This document shows, one piece after another, positions 27,601 through 39,600 of a stretch of 64,000 bases of DNA (within the stretch, counting starts at the first letter, position 1; each line of letters opens with the position of its first letter). Both the position numbers and the translations under genes were made by a program. Source of the DNA: Phoronis australis (taxonomy: Eukaryota; Animalia; Phoronida). Location: positions 248,001 through 312,000 of the forward strand of contig NMRA01000190.1 of the NCBI GenBank assembly GCA_002633005.1. The letters are read 5' to 3'. A model generated the notes under the pieces. It did not search any database. It was not told the DNA's origin and was given only the letters and a program-made list of their open reading frames with translations.

Positions 27601-30600
27601 CAGAAGCAGACGGCAAAAACAGACTCAAAAATAATTGAAATGTCCACTAATTGATGCAGATTACGTCGAAACCATCATAAAATGGAAAGGTGTTGTCGTC
27701 TTCATCAAGGAACTCTAAAGTTACTCGGGCAAACGTAAAAACAAAATTACCAGTAGGGAGCACAGCTTCAGTTCAACTTGTCTGAAACTCGTCGTCATCT
27801 GTTGGCATCTCCATAGGAACACATCCGCTAAATTTCACAAACATCTTGCAAAGGGTAAACATGTTACAGCCAAGGACCCAAAAAACAAAATGGCCACTAG
27901 GAGGTGCCAGAGTAGTCGAAAACCACCGACAATCAACGCCTGCATGCAGCCTCGGTCTTCGCTCCTTCAAGCGGTTTGGTGGATGGAGGAGTTGACGTCA
28001 AAAAACGTACTAAAAATCCCCCAGGTCACATTCGTTTAAAAATGAGAAAGGGTCGTTGTCACCTTAACAGAAACCTATTTGCAAAATTCCACGATAATAA
28101 AATCGGCAACTATATGTCGCATCTATCTGAAAAGGGGAACCTGTATCGCCTCTTTAACGGAAACCTGTTCATTACATTTCAAAAAAATCCATATGAAGGT
28201 GCTTCAAAGATACAGAAGACAACGAAAAAAAAATGAAATTGTAACTAAGGGGCCACAGCGGTAGTCAGATCCATCCAAATGTTGTCGCCGTCCGTTGTCA
28301 ACTTCATATAAACACATTTGCCAAAATTAATAAAGACCCTGCCGAAAGTTTAGGAGATACAGCTATAGATGCAAAAATAAATTTCCACTAGGAGGCGCCA
28401 CATTAGTCGGAGTTACTCGAAAATCATCACCAGCCATCCTGTTCGCACCAGAAACATGCAAGCCAATTTTCATACTTATTCTTATAGTGGCTAGGTAGAT
28501 AGAAGGGCTGACGCCAAAAAAAGATAAGAAAACTGTAAAAATGGCTACTACATGGCACTAAATACGTCGAATTCATCCGAAAACCAGAACATGTCATCTA
28601 TTTACCAAATTTCCTAAAAATCCATCCAGGAACTTCAAAGAACCAGAGGAAAACGGAAAATTGCAAATAGGAGGCACAGCGTTCGTCGGAAACGTACGAA
28701 AGACGTCGTCGTCTGTTGTCAACTAAGTTCATATAAATACTTTTACCACATTTAATAAAGATCCTGATGAGGGTTTACGAGATGCAACCATGGACGCAAA
28801 AATCAAAATTGCAACTAGGAGGCGCCACATTAGTCACTTATGTCAGTTTTCACAATCATTCTTAAAATGTTTTTGGTTAATAGAAGGACGGACGCCAAAA
28901 AACAGACTCGAAGACGGTAAAGTAGCGTTAACAACCTCCGAAGATACAAAGGTAAAAGAAAAAAGTGAATTGCCATTAGGGGGTACACTGGTAGTCTAAT
29001 CCATCAAAAGATCGCTCATGCCGTCCGAATCAAAGGGTTTTGGAGATAGAATATCGAGCGCCGGACGGACGGACGGACGGACGGACGGACGGACGGACGG
29101 ACGGACGGACGGACGGGTGGCATTTTTGTGTATTTTTGTATATTTTCAACAACTGATGAATTGTTCTGTCGTTTATTAGTTTATCAAGGATTTCAGTTTC
29201 AAGTTCAACAGAATATCATGCCAGCTTCGCGCATCCCAACATAAGAAAAATATGAAATAATTCGTGAAGCTAAAAGTTCTGTGGATATGGTAATTTCCAC
29301 TGAATTATTCCTCAACAAAAACAGCGCCTACACTAAAAGTTTCAAATAATATCAAATTATGACAAAGGCTTTGTAGGACACTAGCAAAATGTCCAAATTG
29401 GCTGAACAGAAACCTTGTCAACAACACACTTCAACTTTTATAAAAGGAATTCTTACAAACTGAAAAATTCTCAATAACAGGTGCACAAATCTCACCTTCA
29501 AGGCACAGGCATTGTTTTGAAGGCTTGTCACAAATAAACTTGAGCAACTCGCTTCCTCTTCGCGGGTGGTAAAATGTGATACACTTATTATCTGAAAGAA
29601 AGCGTTATTACCGTTGCATCTATTTCTCAAATGCAGCGGCTACATAATGAGATAAGCTAGAAAGATAACTATCTCAGTATTGTTTTAGGATTAGACCATG
29701 AAGATTGGTTCCCAAATGTACGCCACGGTCCTGGGCGTATCTGCAGAGCATTTCATTATATTCGCCACGCCCACTGGGCGTATCCATAAAGATGGACCTG
29801 CCTGCACAAAACCAGACTCCGGTAGTGACCTTTGATTATCAGTCATCAGTTGCCATTGGATTTATACACTAATTTGTCAATATTCAACAGGCCTTTATAA
29901 TTTGACGTTTACCCGGATTTTTCTCTTCTTTCACTTTGACGGCCACGGGTTGCGTGTTTCCAATTTTTTGTATTTGACTGATGTGGAATTCCAGACTGAC
30001 GGGAGACTTGTGGGTAATCTGCGAACAATGATGGGATTGAAAATACATCTCTATACTTTAAAGTTCCTTTCTGACTAATTTCCTCCAACAATCAAGAAAT
30101 GGATCTTGAGAATAGTTGTTTGTGGTAAAACACAAACCAGTATATACAAAACTTATTTTGAAATCCTATTTTTAACATGACGTCGTTTCATCCATAGAAA
30201 CGAATTCTAAAGTAGATTTTTTACTTACTTAACTTATGGATACGTGGAAGTGAACCAACAAAATTGACACCACAGTTTAAATGACAAAGCTGAACTTTAG
30301 TTTTTATAGACTTTTAAGTTAATGGAAAAAATACACAAATGTCTGTAATTGATAAAACCTTCCAGTCATTTAGGTGACACCTTTCGTAGATGAAATTCAA
30401 TCTGTGTTCCGAACTGGTTCAAAACATTCTCTGTAGAGTTCTAGCCATATATATCGCGAGATTGAAGTTGGCATTACAAGGCTACAGCCAATGACCTAAA
30501 TGTGTGTGTGCGTGTGCGCGTGCGCGTGCGCGTGCGTGTCTGTGAGTGAGTGTGTAGCTCATTAGCTCTTACCTTGTAATGCCAACTTCGATCTTTTCGC

Positions 30601-33600
30601 AGCCGTTTTTCAACCGAATTGCATTAGAAAGCCCTTCGTCAGTTCTTCATGGTGTATGATTTAAGCAGAAGAAAACAATAACTAACCATCATTTCGCTTA
30701 CCCGACAGTCAGGTTTAAAAATAGTTTTGCTGCCACTTTACGGAAATTAACAGGTTGTAATAGTAATCAAACAGGAAATGGGCCAGGGGATTCAAATGAC
30801 TGCTTAAACCAGCAGAGAGATAATTTCAATGAATTAAAAGATTTTATAATATGGATCTCTCACAGTTGCTGTGAAGAATTTACTCAGGCATTCAATCCAA
30901 AATTATCCATATTTATATATTATTTGGAACTTTGGTACCACTTGATACAGTTCTTCAGTACACACTCAGGATGCAGCGACATTTACAAAAATATGATAAA
31001 AATAATTACTCCAACTACCTAATATCCAAAATTTGCAGATAAAGGCTTTCTGGTAGATAACATTGAGCAAACATATATTGTAAAGATTTGAAATGTACTG
31101 TGGATAGATCATTACAAAGGCTGCAGTGTAGGACTTATAGTAGTTTGTAAATAATCTCATTTCATCAGAAAGTAAAAGTTATTGATCCTTATACATCTAG
31201 TGTGTTCTACCATAAACAAGAGACAGTGGAACAAATTTTTACGATTGTTATATCGCTTTTAAAGAAACTTGAAATAAAATTACAATTCTAATGACAAAGG
31301 GACAAAGGAACACCTGTTCCATAGTTGGCAAAATTCGAGAATGAAAAAATGAGACAACTGGATTGAAAAGCAGGAGCTCAGGACAGAAAGCGGGGCATCT
31401 AGTTCTGTGCCATAACGCAAGGGCGAAATGTTCGCTGCAACACAAAGACGTGTACCCCAGCGTTTTTTGTCGAACGAGATACGTTACACCAAAACGCGCG
31501 ACAGCCATTTTTGTATTTTTAAGTCGAATAGGCAATTGCAGGTGCCTAAAAACATGAAACGTCACGTTTATTTTTTCACGTCGACCGGGAAAATGGTGGT
31601 ATTTCGCGTGCGAAATTACAATTTATAGTATATACGATAATATTTTGACGGTTTGGCGGGATGGCGGGGAGAATTCAAAAAGTGTGTATTTGGGCAACAG
31701 GTAAACATTGCACAAATGAATTATTATAGAAACAATTGAAAACAGTAATAATTTATGCAAACACAAACACACACACTTAGCTACGCAAATACGAGTAGTT
31801 TTTCGAAAGTTACGTAAATACAACAGTCAGTGGGGCCTAAACTTTTCATTTATGATTGCACAACAGGTACTTAGAAACCAAAAGTCACTGTCTTCTTTCC
31901 GTACAATAGTGTAACATTATTTTAATACCCAAAAATGTTTTCTTGAAAAATTCCTAGCCTGCAGTTTGACAGGGTATCGAAAGTGGTTTTAAGACTGGAG
32001 ATATCAGAGGCCAGACCATTCCCCGTATCCGGCCTGGACCACAAGTCAGTGCGTATAAAGAATGACCAATGTAGGCCCTAATTATCTGGTTAGTTGACTA
32101 ATTTTGTTGGGAAATCGCTTGTTGTCAAGAACCATAGCTCAAGAGTCTCGCTTGATGAACAAAAACGTCAAACTGAAAATAAAGCAATGAAATTGGATAA
32201 AAACTCATTCGAGCAGATTGCCGGAAATTCACAGTGGAAACTCTCGCAGCTAGTCTCGGTGTTCGTAAGCACATAATAGTATACATTGGTCACGCGCGAG
32301 AGTTGGCATTCTAGGGCTAGAGTTTTATGGTTAAAGTGTAATTTGCAAGGTCCAAGTATGTTAAATTGCAATAATATCTTCAAGGTATTGCTATTTGGAT
32401 GTATTTTATTCAAATCATCGCATTATTGTATCTTTAGTTATTTAAAAAAAGCGAAAATAAGAAAATGCGCTAAAAGTTGACCTTTGACACCGTGACATGG
32501 TGTTGGGGAACACAAACCAGATCATATCCCACAATGCAGTTCACTGCTATTATATCACAGTACACGAAGAACAAAGACCGTTCAACCTTGGCGTGTTTTA
32601 GCCATGGTGCATCGGTGTGTGTGTGCTAACTATTTTAACACCACCCAGGTGGAAGGCATGAGCCCATTTAAATTCTAAAAAGACAANTTCCAGAACATCG
32701 TAAAAGACTGTATAAATACCCAGGCACGGGTTTGCGACAGGTAGATGAAGTTACACAGTTTGTGGGTTAAAGTTACAGTTGAGCTGCAGTGAAGAGCATC
32801 AGAGTTACACCGTTATTCAATAGAGAGCCAGCTATAGACAGCAGGTAACATTTGCTGAAGGTGTCTCAGAAGTTCATCATAAGTCAAGGCTTCGCAGCAC
32901 TGGCTGGAGCATAGAACAGAAGTTACGTCGGACTTAGACTTTTGAAAGAACGGCCGAGATTTATAAAGTGATAAACTCAATCCAGTCTTCAGTCTATCGT
33001 CGCATCGAGAGCTGTTAGCGCCTGCGCTCAATCACACACCGGGAAAATGTGACGTACACACCGTAGGTAAATATAAAGTCGGATGTAAATAAACACTCGG
33101 GTGTAATCACTACTAACATCACTAAAAGTCTGAAATTCAGTATTACTCTCCCACGTCACAAATGCGGAATACATATTTAGTCAAGTAATCACAGTCATGT
33201 GATAATTTATAGAAATTATCTTGATAACTAAGAGTTATTTGTATACTCTCAGAAACTGGAATTTTTGTGAGATTTGGTGATTTAGCTGTGTGGAGCGTTA
33301 GACCGAATTTCTCAAAATAGTTGTGTGAACTATAAGACCAAATTTCTGTAGCCTTGCGTCACTTTTTATGGAAAAGACCCCTTCACACAGTCGATTGTTA
33401 ACAAAATATGAAGAATCTGCATAAAAACTGCAAACAAATTTTACCGACCAACTCTGGCTGGATTTTGACAGAGTGGTTTGTCTATGCCAACTCTCCTCTG
33501 TAAGTGCTAATCCTAACCAACCACGATATTACAGCACTAAAAGTCATCTTAACAGAAGAACAGATTTCAAAAGTATATCGAGAACTGTTTTGGTTTAAAA

Positions 33601-36600
33601 AAACGTTTTAACTCACGTGGACTAGCTACTAGCATCGTTCGATATACACGCTGGCCCGGGGCCAGTGGATTTGCGGCCGGACCAGTAACTTTTGATGAGC
33701 ACAATTCAGATTACCCAACGGGCTGCAGAGACTCAGACGTTGATGTTTTTCCGGTTGAAACAGTCTTGTCTGGCTCGGAGTAAACATGTGTTGTTGCCAG
33801 TGCAGGTTCACATTATTGAGCGGCATTTACAAAATACGGGGTTTTTACCTTGTGATGGTATGACGTGCGTGACTAAATACAGTTTGGGTTATTCAGAGGA
33901 CAGAAAAACTATATTACTGATGAAACGTGTTTTGCAAAAATATATTGGTTGAAGCCAGTTCCCGGCTTTTATTTCGTATCCACAGCTTAGGTGGTGTTCG
34001 CAAGCGCATGCGCATTTAGTGCACAGGAAAGAAATTGAGAAAAACGTAGTAAAGATGCTAAAACCTGGGCCTCCAAAGTGGCAGCCCTGCCAGCAAATTT
34101 TCAGATTAACTGGGCAGGCGGGCCAGCACACTTATTTGCTGAAGTTCGAACACTAGCTACTAGCTTAATGTTGGATTGGTTGTACTTGATGGACTTATTC
34201 ATTACCGCCGGATCACGTCTGATTGTTTTCCGTTGACGATTTCCCGCTTGAAAGCCAATCAGATGTCTCGGCCGGATGACGCGGCGGAACTCAGCTGGTC
34301 AGATTTACTTCGATAAATCTTTCATACCATTTTGGCCATTTACTACACCATAAATTGGTATGCTTTCGTGTTTTTTCTATCTCGTCCAATATTAACAANG
34401 ACTGTATAAATACCCAGGCACGGGTTTGTGACAGGTTGGATTGGTTGTGCTTGATGGACTTAGCCATTACCGCCGGATCACGTCTGATTGTTTTCCGTTG
34501 ACGATTTCCCGCTTGAAAGCCAATCAGATGTCTCGACCGGATGACGCGGCGGAACTCAGGTGGTCAGATTTACTTCAATAAATCTTTCATACCATTTTGG
34601 CCATTTACTACACCATAAATTGGTATGCTTTCGTGTTTTTTCTATCTCGTCCAATATTAACAACACAGATGTTTCCCGCCATACACCAACACAAGGACAT
34701 ACAATGTCTCCTCTGCCTGAAGTTGCAAGTTGCAGAGATATAGATTGACGTTGTTTTGAATTTTGCTTTCAAAAAAGAACATGAATAAGCACACGTCTTA
34801 ACAAGGAGGTTGTTCAGATCTGTCCCTGAATGTGTATACAGTATGGTATTTTGTGGTTTTACATACACATGCATAGTCATTACCTTTGTCCGGTTGAGCA
34901 AATGGTGTTTTTTGGTTTGGCATGTTTGTTACTGGCATAGTTTTCGATTTCAGCGACTTTCATTTAATTAGGTGCAAAATCTGCCTTTTCACTCCCATTA
35001 GTCGCATACGATCCAGAATCGAACAATCGAGTGCATTATATTGTGGTCAAAAGTCGAACAAGACTTCCTCTGAGTCGAAGTAACGGCTTTTAGCTCGAAA
35101 AGTCCTTTCGGAGCACCTGTCTTTACTCCTCTGTTAATCGCATGCAACAGACATACAAAAAGTTTTGTATGAAAAGTCGGAGCGTGTGAGACTGGGCTTC
35201 ACGCGACGCGATGTCTTGCTTATGGGTAGTACACTTCTCGTTGTTGTCTTCATGCGATATAAACAATGGGGCTATAATTAAATGGTTCAGTCGTTCTAGA
35301 GTTTCCAGTTCGTTAAAAGCAAAACTTTCGTACTTGGTGGAAAAGCAGCAAAGGTTGTATTTTCAACCATGAAGATAGGAGCTAGGGCACGTAACCAATA
35401 AAAAACGACAGAATAAAATTAAATAAATAAAATAATGAACATCTTACCTGATGTCTACAGTCAGCTTAAAGGTGTAGAGACTACGTGATGATCGCTTTGG
35501 TCTTGAAGACCCCAGCTCAGAGCTAGTCTTGCCACATTTTGCCACACCACTACACATGAAAGCAAATAATATGCACGGAGCAGGTGACAATCAAGTTCAC
35601 TGGTGTTGACACACAACATTGTTCGATCAACAGGTTCAATGTACATGTATTCAAGTGGCTGTCAGCTGGATCAAAATTTTTGCTTAACACCGAGTGAAGC
35701 ACAAAGAGACTAGGAAAGGTCAACACAAATTTGTCTTTTTAAGACTCAAAATTTTTACAAAGCATAAGATATCATTATAGCTTGAAAAAGACGCATGATT
35801 TTCTCCTTTTTGTTTCATTCAACATTTGGGAGTTGTCCAACTTTTTATCATGGTCTAAAAATGTTTGGAAGGAAACTAACCACTGTCACTTCTCCCAACT
35901 TAAATTTGTGTCATACCAATGTTTTGTAAACTCTATCTTAATTTAATGAACGCCACCCGATGAACGTAAAAAACGCGTCTTGATGGGCTCAACGCAGGCG
36001 CTCTTTGGATGACCAGCAACTTGGTTACCTTTCAAAGTTCTGCGGAAAATTCCACTCTCTCTCTAAAGCAGCCTTAACACTTGTATTGAAGCGACAACGC
36101 TTGGAGTTTGCAATTGTGTTGTACTTCAAATTCACAGACATCTGGCCAACACCCACACCTTGCGTCGAGATGTTGTATTGTGTGCCATAGGCAAGCTGAA
36201 GAATGAACAACAGTGAGTATACACATTCGACACGCGATAGAGGCTTAAATCTCACTACCCTCTGACACAGCTCCACCTGTACTGAAAAGTGGCCCAGTGG
36301 AAACAGTGATGAACGACACACGGTATTCCGCATGTAGGCATGCATGCTTAGTCGGAAGTTTATCGATCACATCGCCACCATTTGCACACGCTTTCTACGC
36401 ACTTTGATTTTGTTTACTTCGATCTCTGCAACTACTCAAGTCAAAGTCAGTATCCACACTAAGTACGTAACAGTGAACTGAAAGGAGTTTCCCAGATTTC
36501 AACCAATGGGAATGACTGAATGTTATGACGTCGGTTTCATTACTTCAACCAATGAGAAGCCATGATAAACAACAATCCACAGTGCTATCTTTCGTAGCAA

Positions 36601-39600
36601 TGTGAAAGAGTGTAAAATATCACCAGACAATGAAGGTAAACGAATTAAATAAAGGAATTCAGCTTCAATCACGTGCATCTGCAACATACATCAGGTTCTG
36701 TTCCGTCAGGTAGTAGTCTACGTGTACACTAGGCACCGGTCAATATGCAAGCGCAATTTTAAATAGACATACCTCATTGTGAGATAAGACAACAGCGTTT
36801 TCTTTTGTTATGTGGAACTTCAAGACTTCAGCTGAGTCATTCTGACGAATAACGGTGGCATTAAGTTGGATCTCGTGATTGTTCTCAGTCCTACTTGCGT
36901 ACTCTGCAAGTGCTTGTAGAGCCACCACAGTGTCCTATAATACAAAGAAGCCAGTAATTTGTTCCGTTAGACATACTACTATAAAGCTTTAAAGAGTTCT
37001 TGAACAAGAACCTTTCTGCGTGTTGAAATGTGTTAATTCAACGCACACTTTTGGCTAATCAAGGCGCAGTATTAGTTAGTCGGCGTACTGCTCAAGCCGT
37101 TAATTTTTCACCAACTCACAAGAAAAAACTTCTAAACTGATTAACGAACAACTAATTTTATAACAATATGTGGCCTAAATCAAAACTTGTTTTTTGCTGG
37201 GTTTAAATGCCACTTTAACCAAATGGTCCACAGACAAGGCACTCGAACAATAACAGTGTGTTAAAGAAAACATTTGATAACTAAGTTTTTATAAAAGGTT
37301 GTGACTCACCGCATCACAGAACGGCTCTGAGAACACATTTGATACACAAATTAAGTTTTTAAGAAGAGGCTGTGACTCACCGCATTACAGAAGGTGTATT
37401 TGTCAATGCTCACCTTTGCTGATATGAATTCGGAATTGGGGAGACGATTTAGATTCAGCCACCTTACAATCGGCTTTGAGTATTCCATGTCGTTATGACT
37501 TAAAGCTGTCAACAAGGCATATGACGTCATCTCTATCGCGTCCGCAGTCACGCGAGAACCATCGTCTGCGCTCCACCACCTAGTCCAAGTATCTAAACCA
37601 AATAACCCGTGTATTGTAAATTTTGTCATGACCCTGCGACACGAATGGCTCGGAAAGTAGACCAATGTCAATGATGAACAATTATAATCGTCTGGATTTC
37701 AACACTTTTAGTTTTGTTAATTGCGTAAAGCTGCATCTCGCCAGTGCTTAGCTGTCACTTTTTATTACTTTTCTTATACGCTTTGGGTTTAAACAATTTA
37801 CCGAGCTCATTAAATTTTGATCCTTGCAGAATGAGCCGGCACCTCAAATCACAGTCTATGCGTACATGCGCGATTTGGCTAACCCCGAAAACTCTGCAGG
37901 TTTTTTTTTTGGTAACTGGTGGTTTTTAGTGTTCTTAGCCCTATTGCTAAAGGAAATGTAACCCTGTCACTGTAAGGAATAGGTCTAACATGAGACCGTT
38001 TTTGTGACAGTAAACGGCATAATTCGACTTTCATTTTTCAGCCAGCTAAACGAGGCAAAATTAAATAAATGTAGTGAAATCTTCGTAGTCATCACTGGAA
38101 TGACTAAGACAAACTGTTGAGTCCCTCGTAAAAATACCTAAGCTGAAATACCGAATAGCATTACGTTACGTGATTTTAGTGTCTGTTTAAAGATTTCCCT
38201 TTGGTGTTCAATGTCTGATGCTCTAAAAGCTTTAAGAGGCATGGAAAGCGAAAGCTCGTCAAAAATATCTTTTTTATCCTGACGAAAATACCATCTCGTA
38301 ACGTCTAGTACAGAGTAATTCACTTTCCCTGTGAGTAACTTTTGAGAAAAAATCATAAAATTCGCGATTTTTGAAATACGCGCGAAGGAAAAACTCTGTG
38401 GTTACCACAGAGTTTCTAATGTTCCACCCACTTATGATAAATGCGCACATGCGTTCACAACCAGTTGCTTGCAGTCGCTTGAGATCAAAGGTCACATTTT
38501 CCACATATAAGGGAAATGCGCTACGTCTATGTCTTCCCATACCAAATAAGGAGACATGCTTTGCTTTCGGGAAGAAAATCGACGAAGTGGCGAACAGTTG
38601 ACAAACCGCTTTTTGAAATTTGAAACTAAAAGAACTTTTGGGGAGGAAATCGACGAAGTGGCGAACAGTTGACAAACCGCTTTTTGAAATTTGAAACTAA
38701 AAGAAAATGCTTTGATATCAACAGAAATTATAAGCAAACCCTAAAAATACCTGGTGAGCAGGTTGAATTCTGTTTCAGTGGCAGATAACCACTTTTTGAA
38801 CTGCAATTTATTCTGTTTCTCGCGTTCCAGGCTTCTTTAAGGACTTTCCACTTTAATTTTCTAATGGAAACATCACAAAAATGATAAAAAAGACAAATGA
38901 AGAAATGCACGGAGCTATCATGACAATCTTGTAAGCAAAGTAAGAGAACTAAATAATTTTTAGAAAAAATTCGTAGAAGATGCGACTGGGCGTGGTTGCT
39001 CAGTCACCGCTAGTCTAGTTCTAGCCTCTATCGCCCGACCAGCTTCGTGAAAGTCAAAAATACAGTTAAGTTTATGACTGCATTGACTTTCCTATTTGGA
39101 CAGTCACGACAGCCGGCTAATTGTCGCTTCATTGCTCCGTATTTACTACGAAGTAATCGCATAATATCAACATGAAAATAAAAGTATAAGAGATAAAGTG
39201 TGAGGAGCAGACCAAGCGGAGTCCTTGTTGGGATGGTAGCCTTCGTTAAATTACTCGACATCATTTCAATGACCAATCTTGGGTCAGATTAGTTCGTAGC
39301 AGTCCAGTCTCTGCTACGAATACTATTTTAAGTAGCGCTTCGTATAAGCACCTGAATCAAATCTGGCGCTATCTTTAAGAACGCAGTACGCGTATTCTCC
39401 CAATAAGCTGTGCGAAAGTTTCAGTGCGTAGGCGACGACTGCTGGCAATCCAGAATGGGTAGTTATTTTCATTTCCTCTTCAAGATAGGACATTGCCATG
39501 TGCAGAGATGCCTGATGGTCACAGGAGGAAGGAACTTCTGCTATGGAAACAGCGACTAATGCCGTCAACGCCAACGTCGTGGTCATCCTCTGAAAGTCAA

